From assembly GCF_006345805.1 (NCBI RefSeq), contig NC_042997.1:203484001-203548000 (forward strand): a stretch of 64,000 nucleotides of DNA, given 5' to 3'. Position 1 is the stretch's first letter; each line of letters starts with the position of its first letter. A program made the translations under genes and the position numbers. The notes under the pieces are model-generated. The model had not been told where the DNA came from. It made no database searches and saw only the letters and a list, made by a program, of their open reading frames with translations. Source of the stretch: Octopus sinensis. Taxonomy: Eukaryota. This document shows positions 51,852 to 64,000 of this stretch, in pieces.

Positions 51852-54250
51852 CCATCATCGTCATCATCATCATCATTTAACATCTGCTCTCCATTCTGGC
51901 ATAAGTTAGATGGCTTGACTGGAGCTGACGAGCCAGAGAGCTGCACCAGACTCCAGTCTGATTTGGCATGGTTTCTACAGCTGAATGCCCTTCCTAATGC
52001 CAATCACTCCAAAAGTGCAATGGGTGCTTTTACATGACTCTGGCAATGATTCACAACTATGATTCACAGGTGGGTGCCATTTAAATAGCACCAGCAGCAA
52101 TCCCAACGATTCATGGGTGCCAATTGCATGGCACTAGCAATGCCTACAACCAACAACCATGATTCCCGAGGTGTCACTTACATGGCACTAGTATTGACCA
52201 CAATGATTCACGGGTACCATTACATGATACCCTCAGCAACCATGACTATGATGCATGGGTGTCATTTACATGGAGCTGGCAGTGAACAACCACAACTACA
52301 ATTCATAGGTGCCATTTACGTGACACCAGTAACAACCATGACACACAGGTGCCATGTCCCACTTACATGGTACCATCAATGATCACAACTACAATGCACA
52401 GGTGTCACATGCATAGCACCAGTAATGAGCGGCCATGACTACAATTCACAGGTGCCATTTACATGGCACCGGCAATGAGCATGATGCATGGGTGCCATTT
52501 ACATGACACTGGCATGGTTACAACTATGATTTCATTTGGCCTGATGATTCTTCTCCCACACAGCATATCACCAGAGTTCTCAGTCATTTGTCATCACCTC
52601 CATAAGGCCCAAAGTTTGAAGATCATGCTGCACCACCTCATTCCATGTCTTCCTAGGTCTAACTCTACCACAGGTTCCGTCCACAATTAGAGATTGGCAC
52701 TTCTTTACACAGCTGTCTTCATCCATATGCGTCACATGACCATACCAATGCAGTTGTATCTCCACCACACCACATCTGATGCCTTGGATACCCAACTTTC
52801 CACTCAAGATGCTTACATTCTGTCATATATGCAGACTGACATTGCACATCCAGCAAAGCATACTAGCTTCATTTCTTTCAACCCAACACATATCCTTGGG
52901 AATCACAGCCCATGTTTCACTGCTATGTAGCATAGCTGTTCACACATAGGCATCACACAGTCTGCCTTTCACTCTGAGGAGAGCCCTTTGTTGCCAACAG
53001 AGGTAGGAGCATTCTGAACTTTACCCATCCTATTCTTATTCTTGCAGCTACACTCTCAGAGCAACCACCTCCACTACTAACTTGGTCACCTAGATAGCAG
53101 AAGCTATCAACTATCTCTAGCTTACCAGCCTGGCATTTGATGTAGTCTATTTTCTGTACGTTTGTGGTGTTTATCGTACCTGTGCACCTTCCATACATAA
53201 GAATTATTTTCTTTGTTAACCTTCCTCTGATATTGCTGCACCTCTTAAGTGTCCATAGCTTACACTGGGTACATTTTATGGAGTTTCTACCTATGCCTTT
53301 TCTACAGATCGTACAGGGCCATCTACCTGAGAGGATTTGCAATTTGTCTGCTTTCCTACTTGCTAAGACTTTGGTTTTTGCTAGATCAACTTTAAAGCCC
53401 TTTGCTTCTGGGCCCTCCTTCCATACCTGAAATTCCTTCTCTAGTTCTGGAAGTGATATGATAACAAGGTCATCAGCATAGAGAAACTCCCAGGGGAAGC
53501 CTATCTTAAATTCCTTTGTTATTGCCTGGAGGACTATGATGAACAGGAGGGGTCTGAGGACTGGTCCTTGGTGAACTCCTACTTGTACCATGAATTTATT
53601 GCTATACTTGTTACCAACCTTCACCTTACTGATGCATCCCTGTACATGGCTTGTACCACTCTCACCAGCCACTTGTCTATCCCTAGTTTTCACATTGTCC
53701 ACCAGATAAGGGATGAAGGGACCCAGTCAAAGGCTTTTTTCATGTCAACAAAAGCCAAGTACAAGAGTTTATCTTAGGCCAGGTACTTCTGCAGCTGCCT
53801 TACCAGGAATGTAGCATCAGTGGTGCTTCTCACTGGCACAAAACTGAACTGCATCTCATCTAGACCAACTCTCATCCTAACTAGTTGGGCTATGACCCTC
53901 TCTATTACTTTCATCACCTGATCTAACAGTTTGATACCTCTGTAATTATTTCTGTCCAAGGCATCACCTTCACCTTTGTAGCAGTTGGTAATGATGTTGC
54001 TATACTAGACATTCGGTATGACTCTCCTTCTCCCATGTATTCTCTACATTTAGTAAACTTTCCACATTGACACTTCCAAGCCTCTTTCTTTGCAGAGTCA
54101 CTAAGTGCAAGTGAACCACCATCCATGCAAACACTTTTCTGTCCAACATAACAATTTTCCTTGGCACACTATCTGGCAAGCCAAAACACTTCCAGCCTCT
54201 GGTCCTCACACTGTATGACATTGGCAAACTTCTCCATTTCTGCTTCACTC
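51852..54250 (-). mobile_element. Longest RTE-PHD LINE copy (RT, PHD-like finger, C-terminus, UTR array, tail)
   Basis: NYRGIKLL, AFDWVP, GVHQG..L.PLLF, LYADDL, Cys-rich insert, FCYLGD and LHWYGHV; frameshifted; (GAT)n tail. Confidence 0.95.
52023..52530 (-). repeat. Tandem array of 11 palindromic 20-bp cores with variable linkers in the RTE 3' UTR
   Basis: Cores start at 52023, 52073, 52116, 52170, 52213, 52258, 52308, 52348, 52401, 52451 and 52491. Best unit is GGTGCCATTTACATGGCACC. Confidence 0.9.
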
Positions 54251-54256
54251 CTAACT

Positions 54257-54290
<34 letters not shown>

Positions 54291-55064
54291 ACATGCATGT
54301 GTGTGTGTCATCATACATATGTCATCACACACACACTAGAAAAACAAGTTAAGTCAAGACTTACAGATTACAATTCTTGTTCAAGAAAATTCAATTTATT
54401 TTAATTCAACTACCTTATAAAATGAAATGTTGCTGCAATAATCAAGTGCAGGGCAGCAAATTTGTAAATTATACCAGCTGCTAACTTCCTACTAAATGCA
54501 CATGACTGACCTGTTGCTGTTCCTCTGATAAGAAAAACATATGTTGTAAAGCATTATTTCCAACTAGATCACTGCAGTCAGTACCCAGGATGTCATAAGA
54601 TTATCAAAGTTATAACACAAACTGATAACAGACTTGGACTATTGATAAAATGAAGATAATCTTATAAAAAAGTTTTGAAAAAAACAACAATTAACTAAGA
54701 GTAACACAGACTATTATATCAGGGTGCTATCTGTTAGGAAAGAAAAGTTGAAAAAAGAATAGTTAAAGCCATAGTTGGAAGAGAATAATACTACTTCTGT
54801 TTTATTGAAAGATGTTTAAGTTCATAAGCAATACTTCTGTTTTACTAAAAGGTTTTTAAGTTCATAAGCAACAAAATCCAGTCAGAGAAACCTTACCAAA
54901 ACAAACATTAGAGCACAACACAATCTCCTGATTCATCAAATCCTGTTGAACCAACTAACCTATGCCAGCATGGATGACAGCTGTTAGATGATGATGATGA
55001 CAATATATAATAATACAGTAGACACAGTATGGCCAAATAGTTAAGAATTTTGTTTTTGCAACAT

Positions 55065-55770
55065 AGCTGTGTGAAGTATGCGCATGGATGAGGACAGTTG
55101 TGTGAAGAAGTGTCACATCCCTGCAGTGAAGGGAACCCGTGGAAGAGGTAGACCCACGAAGACATGGGATGAGGTGCTGAAGCATGACCTTTGAACATTG
55201 GGCCTCACAGAGGCAATGACAAGTGACCAAGCCCTTTGGAGATATACTGTGCTTGAGAAGACCCAGCAAGCCAAGTGAGATCATAGCTGTGGCTGATGTC
55301 TGTGTTGTATAACTGGCCCGTTTAAAAGTACCCTTCAATCGTTAGGCAATATGCTGTGCATGAGAAGACCTGTTGAGCCAAGTAAAATCGTAATCATGGC
55401 TGATGCCAATGTTGCCTGACCAGCACCTGTGCCGGTGGCATGTAAAAATCATCATTCAAGCGTGATCAATGCCAGTGCCACCTGACTGGCTCCCATGCCA
55501 GTGGCACATAAAAAGCACTATTTGAGCATGGTCAATGCCAGTGCTGCATGACTGGCCCCCATGCTGGTGGCACATAAAAAGCACCCACTACACTCTCGGA
55601 GTGGTTGGTGTTAGGAAGGGCATCCAGCTGTAGAAACCTTGCCAGATCAGACTGGAGCCTGGTTCAGCCTTCTGGCTTGCCAGACCTCAGTCAAACTGTC
55701 CAACCCATGCCAGCATGGGAATCAGACATTAAACAATGATTATTATGATGATGATAATGATGATGATGAA
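55065..55770 (+). mobile_element. RTE-PHD 3' part with three UTR modules
   Basis: GRGRPTKTWDEVLKHDL, UTR modules, 3' end and tail. Confidence 0.88.
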
Positions 55771-57422
55771 GGTCCCAGATTCAATCCAACTGCATGGCAT
55801 CTAAGGCAAATGTCATTTTCTATAATTTTGGGTTGATCCAAATACTGCAAGTGAAACTGGATGAACAGAAACTGTAGAAATCCATCAGATGGACTGTACC
55901 TTTAATTCAAAGGTGCAGCCTTCTCACACACTGTGTCATGTCAATTTTGTCTAAGAGTTACAGTAAAAAACCAATAAATTTGATAAAGGTTAAATTATAA
56001 TCATAGTATCATCATCAGCAGCAGCAGCATTTAAGATCCACTTTTCATGCTGGCATTGGTTGAACAGCTTGACAGGAACTAGAAGGGCCAGAGGTCACAC
56101 CAGGTCCCATTGTTTGTTGTTTTGGCTTGGTTTCTACAGCTGTATGCCCTTCCAAATACCAGCCACTCTACAGAGCGTACTGGGTACTCTTTACATAGCA
56201 CCAGTACACACACCAATGTTTTTTACGTGGCACCATGGTTTTAGGATCTCAATTTTGCTATGGTGGATATGTTGGCAAAAGTATACTTCCAAAGTTACCT
56301 TCCACATGAGCAACACTCTAGTCATCCATGTAATGATGCCAATGCATGTATATCTACATATACACAACCAAAACTATTAAGGTCTTAAAAAGGCTAATTT
56401 TTAATATATCTTAATAATGAGGTTGCTTTTGTTGTTCATTTTGAACTCCATCTTTGCTCAAAATTATAGCAGCTGATATTGGCTGTTCAAGTGCATGTTA
56501 CTAAATGGAAAAACAGTTAGTATGAATCACTATAAGACATTTTTGTGGTGGGAGCAGGTAGTATGATACAAAAACATGTGTTTATATACAAAGAAAGTTT
56601 TGATTTTTGCTTTTGCACTGAAAGAAGTAACATATAATATTTGTATGTATGCATGTGTGTAATGAGAACAGTCATTTTGACAATGTGTGTGATAAAATAT
56701 CTTCATTTATGAACCATATATCTTGTGTCAAGGTGAATAGACATGTGAGTCACATGTGGGAGATTGTGGGTAGAGCTACAGAGAAGACATGTATCTTTGA
56801 CCGAAAGCTGGCAGGAACTGAGAACTTCTACTGTGTAGCTCAGAACAAGGCTAGTGTCTCAGAACAAGGCTACTGTATCAAAGTGAGGCTACTGTATCAA
56901 AGTGAGGCTAGATACCTCATCAATGTATACATCTGCTGTGCAGGTCAACACATATTACTATGTAATGTGTAACTCTGCTACAAAATCCACAGCTCACTCT
57001 CTACAGCTTTCATTCACAGTGGTTAACTCATCATACAATGAAGTGTGGGAGCAATAATAGACACTGCTTGTAGTTTACATATATGACAATACCTGACCCA
57101 ATTTCTTACACACATGTGATGTTTAATTCACAGCCCCAAATTACACATCACTGCTTATATGGTCTTTTGACTCCCACATATGCACACCCATTCAGACCTA
57201 ACATGCTGAACCTAACAAACATGTTTCCCTCTCACTAGCTTCTCTTAACACTCTTGAAAAGGACTATTTCACCTGAAATATGAAAACTAATTAGAAGATT
57301 CAAAATTAATGTTTCAATATCTTTATTATTACTATTATTGATATTTAATGTTCCAACTGCACTGCTTTTGCCATAGGCTTCTATACACACTATTTTCTAT
57401 ATATACCACAATACTTCAGACT

Positions 57423-57468
<46 letters not shown>

Positions 57469-58446
57469 ATTGTATTGTTCATTGGAAATCTTAAAATTTA
57501 ACTTTTACTTTAAAGGAAAAATGCAGAAAACTAAATTTTTTTCCCCCTGAGTCAGCAACAACATTTCTACAAGCACGAATTCCTTATAAAAGTGACTTTT
57601 TTAAGCTCTTTTAAAGCATACTTCTTCAAGTATAGATCTTTTCAGGTATGGTTCTTAACTAAACAATTACAGTAACATCAAAATATTTTATTTTACTAAA
57701 CAAGAATGTTATATATATTTTTTCTGAAATAAGTCAAGACATTTTATTTTGTTTTTGTTTTTTTTCTATTTTTGCAAGGTTTTATTTGTTTGTTTTATCT
57801 CTCTCTTTTTTCTAATTCCTTTTAGTGTGTGGGCAAAAGTTTAAAACAGTTTCCTGAACCAAATAAAAGCTATATTATTTATTGCTGGGTGTTTTTTCTT
57901 TATTGATGAATAGCCTTTACTCAGAAGTTGTGAATTCAAAACAGCATCATCATCATCAGTATTAACATCATCATTTAAAATTCCTGTTACATGCTGGCAT
58001 GGGTTGGACAGTTCAACAGGATCCTATGAGTCAAAGGATCACATCATGTTCCAATTTTTGCTTAGTCATGGTTTCTATAGCATAAAGTATGAGGTGGTAT
58101 TTTTCACACCTCCAATACAAGTGAGTTTCCCTAGCAACCTGCAATATTAAGGGCTCAAACAGACCCTTATAACTGAAGGAGAATGGTAGAGAGACTGCAA
58201 TGACTTTAGGTGTGGTGATGAGAGAGAGAGAGTTAATAATGAAGAAAGGAACAGATTGATAGTTGTGTGTGGGTAGTAGTAGAGAGAATAACAAAGTAGT
58301 TGTTGGTATTAGGAAGGGCATCCAGCCATAGAAACCATGCCAAAACAACAGAACCTGGTGTGACTCCTAACTTTGCCAGCTCCTGTCAAACTGTCCACTA
58401 CATGGAAAATGGATGTTAAATGATGATGGCAGTAGTGATGGTGATA

Positions 58447-58479
<33 letters not shown>

Positions 58480-58929
58480 CTTTAGAAGCTGACAGAATAA
58501 AATACCAGTCAAGTAACAGGGTCAATGTATTAATTAACCCCTACCTCCCTCAAAGTTGCAGAACTTGTGCTTAAATCAGAAATCATCATTGTGTCCTTCA
58601 TTAGAATGGAAGTATCTTAGTGTGTATGTGTTTTGAGGAGTATTTCACTGCCATATCTGTGTGTGTCAAGACACCAACATTGGTTTCTTGAAAATTTGTG
58701 ATTGTAGAAAAGCTTGTTGTGAGTTTCAGAACTATTTTTCCCCGCCTAAACACCCTTCAATTCACTGCAACATTAGTGTTTGGAAGGTGGTGCAATATGC
58801 TTGTTTCTCTCCTTTCAAAAATCAATATTGCACGGAATTGTCACCTAGTAGAATTACAGTTCCTTAATAAAGCTACACAACAACAACAATAACAAAGAAA
58901 AAATATGATAAATGAATGAGTCAAGCTGA

Positions 58930-59731
58930 ATGGTTGTATGTGTGTTTGTGTGACTCTGTATGTGTGCGTGTACATTTATCTCTGTGTGTGTTTGTGTATT
59001 TGTATGTGCGTGTGCATTTGTGGGACTGTATATGTGTATACTTGTGTGTGTGTTTGTATGTATGTGCATGTATATTTGTGTTTGTGTGTATGTGTGAACA
59101 TGAGTGTTTGTGTATTTGAGTACATGTTAGTTTTTGAATGTGTACTTATATATTTGTGTGTGTGTATGTGTGTGTTTACATTTATGTGCTTGTGAATGTG
59201 TGTGCATATTTGTACATGTATTAATAGGTGAGTGGGTGTTTATGTTTGTGTCTATGTATGTATGTATGTATGAATGTATGTATCTACGTATGTACATGAT
59301 ATATATATATATATGTTAGTGTGGGAATGTAGTGTAAACATGGCTAAAGGTGTAACTGTTTTAATGTGTGTAAGGGTGTGTGTGTGTGTGAATGGACATG
59401 TGTATGAAGTTGTATATATGTGTCAGTGTGTGTATGCGTGTATGCGTGTAAGTGCAATGCTAAAAGTGTTAATATTTTAATATATCTAGCTGTATTAATA
59501 TGTGCCTGCATGTATATATTAATGTGTGTTCATGTGTATATATTCATGCATGAGTATGCATGCATGTGTACAGGGTGAAAAGTGACATTGTCTTAAAGTG
59601 TGTGTGTCCATGTGTATTTATGTGTACCTCACTATAAAGTTGAATGTCTTAATTTATGTAAATACATGTATGTAAGCTTGTGTGTGTGTGTGTATGCATG
59701 TGTGCATCTATGTCCTAAAATTGTGAATGTC

Positions 59732-59770
<39 letters not shown>

Positions 59771-59900
59771 TTTTAATGTAGCAATATATGTAGTTACATA
59801 TGTATGTATGTGGCAGGAGGTACTTAGACTAAAAATTGTGAATTGTGTCTTTATATGTATGTATGTACATACATACATAGATGTGTGTATGTGTATGATC
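58930..59900. repeat. Degenerate (TG)n/(TA)n field
   Basis: Seen directly in the sequence. Confidence 0.9.
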
Positions 59901-60450
59901 TGGTCAGGTGTGGGTGCATGTGCTGTTGCAGTGCATTGCTGCAGTCACCATTTCTCTCTATATTTCTGGGTCCTCTTGGCTGACCCATCAAGCAGAGACC
60001 CAGTCAGTCTCTATCTCTACAAGATACTTCCTCATCTGCCATGACCATGTTGCATGTGGTCAACCAACATGAGCTACCAACCCAGCCAGAAGAGAACAAT
60101 GAAGAAAACATGGCAAGCAGGATTTAACTCAAAAAATCGAGCAGCATGGCTAAACAGCCTAAACTGGTATTTCTGAATCATACAAGTAACAGGACGCATC
60201 CCAGTTTCTGAGTAGAGTTGTTGGTTGGATTCAAAATCTGGCCAATGGTAACCTTTAATCTTGTGAAGTGACCTGGTACCAAAGGAGTTCACACAGCTCC
60301 TAAGGGCCCCAGACAGTGTCCAACCCTCACAACTATAGAGCAGGACAGGGAGAACCAGAGACTTAAAAGACCCGAAATTTTGCCCTCCTGCTCATCAGCA
60401 GTGCCAAACATCCTCACCCAATGGGTCTACAACTGCACCAGGTCATCCAA
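59900..60450 (-). pseudogene. C-terminal ORF2 fragment of another RTE-clade LINE
   Basis: SLVLPVLLYSCEGWTL, SLHKIKGYHWPDF and QFRLFSHAARF. Confidence 0.75.
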
Positions 60451-60611
60451 GTCTTTTTTATTCTATGTGTACGTATTCCTAAGATTGTGTATGCCATAAC
60501 ATGTATGTACAGTAATCCCTCAACTATTGTGGGTGTTACATTCCAAAACACCTACGATGTGAAAATCTGTGAAGTAGAAACAATACTGTACTGTATATCT
60601 TTATAATTTGT

Positions 60612-60812
60612 CATCATCATCATCATCATGTTGGCATGGGTTGAACGATTTGACTGAGGTCTGGATAGCCAGCAGCTACACCAGGCTCTAATCTGATCTG
60701 GCAATGTTTCTACAGCTGGATGCCCTTTCTAACACTGCACACTCCGAGAGTGTAGTGGGTGCTTTTTATGTGTCACCAACACAGGAGCCAGTCAGAAGGC
60801 ATTGGCATCGAT
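60612..60812 (-). mobile_element. RTE-PHD 3' end
   Basis: (CAT)n and TTTCTACAGCTGGATGCCCT. Confidence 0.8.
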
Positions 60813-61136
60813 CACATATATTTATTTTATTATAAATGCAAAACAACACCATGGAGGAGTCGATGTAAGCTTAAATAATAAACCGCAACAGGTGAACCAT
60901 GATAAGTGATTCAGGATATGGTGAGGAATTACTGTACTTACAATATGAGTGAGTGTTTCTGTATGTCTAAGTATATATGTCTGTGCATGTGTATGTAAAT
61001 GCATGTAAGTGTGGCTGGCTAAAAAATTACTAATGTTTTTATATATTTGTACATATGTGTATGATATGTGTAAGTAGGTATGTATGTATTTATGCGCTAA
61101 AAGTGTGAATATTTTGATACATTTTTATGTACACAT

Positions 61137-61775
61137 ATCGACTGGCCTCCGTGCTGAGGGCACGTAACAAACACCATCCATCTGGCACCTGTGTCGGAGA
61201 CACATAAAAACATCATCCGAAGACCGGCAAGACTAGTCAGGCCATAACCCGTGGCCCCTACCTGGGACGTTGTCAGTTCACCTGTGCATACCTTCCTTCC
61301 TTCTTGTGACACTTGTGAAGACCTGTTGAGGCAAGTGAAAATCAAATCAAATCAAATCAAAATAGATGAACATCAATGGAATTTGTATCTTTGTGGTACC
61401 AGTGCCAGTGGCACACAAGAAAACCATCCGAACGTGGCCGTAGCCAGTACCGCATCGACTGGCCTCCGTGCTGTGGGCACGTAAGAAACACCATCCGATC
61501 GTGGCCGTTCGTCAGCCTCGTCTGGCACCTGTGTCGGTGGCACATAAAAACACCATCCAAGCGTGGCCGTTCGCCAGCCTCGTCTGGCACCTGTGTCGGT
61601 GGCACATAAAATCACCCACTACACTCTCGGAGTGGTTGGCGTTAGGAAGGGCATCCAGCTGTAGAAACACTGCCAGATCTGACTGGCCTGGTGCAGCCTT
61701 CGGGCTCCCCAGACCCCAGTTGAACCGTCCAACCCATGCTAGCATGGAAAGCGGACGTTAAATGATGATGATGAT
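61137..61775 (+). mobile_element. Young RTE-PHD 3' UTR with four modules and a displaced upstream module pair
   Basis: Near-identical to 28335-28730 with one extra ~61-bp unit; 61137-61220 repeats module sequence upstream. Confidence 0.88.
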
Positions 61776-62094
61776 AGATGTGTGTATATCATGAAAGTTT
61801 GAATGTCTTTATATGTATACATATGTACATATAGGAATGTGTGTATGTGCATATTTATGTCCCCAAAATAGAGTCATTTGATATCTTCTTCTAGCATGTG
61901 GTACTACCATGTAGTTTGCTCTTATATCATTTTTGCTCTTATTATAATACACACACACACACACACAAACACAGGGTTCAGTGAATAAACTGTCATCTAA
62001 ATTGCACAAAAATGAAAATAACACTGACATTTCATTTAACAGATATATTTACCAAAATTACATAAAAAATATCTTGAAATACTAAAGATTAAAT

Positions 62095-63265
62095 TTAGTC
62101 AGTAAAATCACATTTGGCTTCAACCATGGACTCCTGATGACTGCAGAATATCCTGCAATTCTTCTGGATGGTCTCCTTGTTTCAGTTGGTGAATGCTGCC
62201 ATAATCCTTGCCTTCAGTTGATTTTTGGTGTTACAAGGAGTTTTGTTGGTCTCTCACTCAAATGCATCCCACACATAATAATCAAGGGGGTTGCAATCTG
62301 GGGAGTTAGGTGGCTAGATGTTAGGGGTGGTGTGGTCGCAGAAATTGTCTGACAGCCATGACTAGGTTCACCTGCTTGTGTGGTATGGTGCAGAGTCCTG
62401 TTGTCAAACATAGGGTCTTCCAGCAGCCACCCTCTTGACCCAGGGCAGCACTACCTCCTTCAGGTACTTGATGTAGGCCTCCGTGTTGAGTCTGAGTTTG
62501 TGTGGGAAGATGAATGGAGTCATAACATTGCCACCACTAGTAATCACTCCAAATACCATGATGTTGACTGGATGTTTGATTTTTATCACTCTTGGTACAT
62601 GTTTTGGGGGACATGGTAAGCCAATGGTTGTTCTGTGTGTTCACCATCTGATCCTGACAGAAATTTTTCTCATCTGAGAAAAACCAAAGCATGCTCGGTT
62701 GGATGGGGATGCTTGAGTTTGTTCAAAAGCTTCATTGCGAGTCTTTTCTCTTGTCCCTGAAGGTATGGGATCAAAATTGACCCTTTCTCATCTTGTATGA
62801 GGAATGCTAAATATCTTCATACACTACTTGCCTGATAAGAAAATCAGACAGTCCCACACCCTTGGCAATGGACCTGATTGACATGGAGGGATCATTGTCA
62901 ATCATGGTCTGGATCTCACTAACAAATTCAGGAGTTCTTTTCTTGTCAGAACTATTAGAGTGAGTTTTTTGAGCTGCTGTACCTTCATAATCACCATTAG
63001 AATCATCCAACTCTTTCCGAATCCTCTACACTTTCTCAGATTAACACCCAAACACTCTGAAATGTTTGTATTGGAGCTTTTGGCATGAATGCCAAGCAGT
63101 ACAGCATGTCATTTCCAAGTTACTGGCAGAGTAAATTGCATCATGATGCTGTTTTTGACACAGATGGTGCCCAACTGATCCTACTATACTGTGTAGTCGA
63201 CAAAATAAAAAACATACAATGCGCATGCGCGAAATTAAAAATATAAAACTGTGACAATTTACCCA
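62095..63265 (-). mobile_element. maT (DD37D-type) Tc1/mariner transposon, decayed
   Basis: WFFSDEKNF, KHPVNIMVFGVI, QQDSAPYH and PPNSPDCNPLDYYVW; multiple stops. Confidence 0.9.
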
Positions 63266-63639
63266 ATGCATTTTTGCATTTCATGTATTAATATAGTAAA
63301 ACTTTATATATTGATCTGCCTAACTTGCTTATCCCTACATTTATTTGTATACCTGCTCAAGTTTAATTCTCTTGAGCACTACTAAGTGCAGTACTATATG
63401 CACTATATGGAGAATATTTTATTCTCATCTATGAACTATATATATAAATATTTATATATGTATGTATATGTTTTCATCCAAAATGGAAACTAACGCCATT
63501 CCTCCATGTGACCAGCTTGTAAAATTAAGTTAAGTCATTTTTCTTAACATGAAACCAATAGTAGCTTTGATGCACAAGTAAAGAAATTTTATCCACTAAT
63601 GTAGTCATCAGTATCTAATGTAGTCACTAATCAGTATCA

Positions 63640-63806
63640 TCTTCATCATCATCATCAGTTAATGTCTGCTTTCCATGCTGGCATGAGTTGGACGGTTTGA
63701 CTGAAAACTAATAAGCCAGGGGCTGCACCAGGTTCCGATCTGATTTGGAAAGGTTTCTACAGTTAGATGCCCTTCCTAACACCAACCACTCCAAGAATGT
63801 AGAGGG

Positions 63807-63810
<4 letters not shown>
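63640..63810 (-). mobile_element. RTE-PHD 3' end
   Basis: (CAT)n, TTCCATGCTGGCATG and GATGCCCTTCCTAAC. Confidence 0.8.
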
Positions 63811-63881
<71 letters not shown>

Positions 63882-64000
63882 ACCCGTGATATGACAGGTA
63901 ACATATATATATGTTACCTGTGATATGACAGGTAACTTTGAAAGTATGCTTTTACCACCATGGGTAATATCCAGCTACATAAAATAATTTTAATTAACTT

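Noticed and set aside
52023-52530. CRISPR array
   Set aside because: Eukaryotic LINE context, no cas genes, degenerate repeats, and linkers that are homologous to each other.
54790-54870. 40-bp tandem duplication (also 19-bp duplications at 56839-56910)
   Set aside because: Ordinary two-copy local duplications with no further structure.

Overview
AT-rich eukaryotic DNA, most likely intronic or intergenic. The SINE, RTE and microsatellite repertoire resembles an octopus genome; this is inferred, not tested. No intact host gene is recognisable: most ORF-track entries are microsatellite read-through, and only two weak minus-strand exon candidates were found. The window is a nested collection of decayed mobile elements: a CR1-like LINE, a Mag-type Ty3/gypsy 5' half, RTE LINEs, mariner/Tc1/maT transposons, Penelope-like remnants, a Tx1-like ORF1, TTAA-flanked MITEs, a solo LTR and three tRNA-derived SINE families. 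The most unusual system is the dominant RTE family. Its reverse transcriptase contains a PHD-type Cys4-His-Cys3 finger, and its 3' UTR carries a copy-number-variable array of structured RNA modules. One copy (52.0-52.5 kb) has 11 palindromic GNRA-hairpin repeats with variable linkers directly downstream of the RT. Also notable are minimal hammerhead ribozyme motifs (one head-to-head pair), an HDV-like ribozyme candidate and a largely fold-back gypsy LTR candidate. Boundaries were read by eye and are approximate unless a TSD or TIR is quoted.
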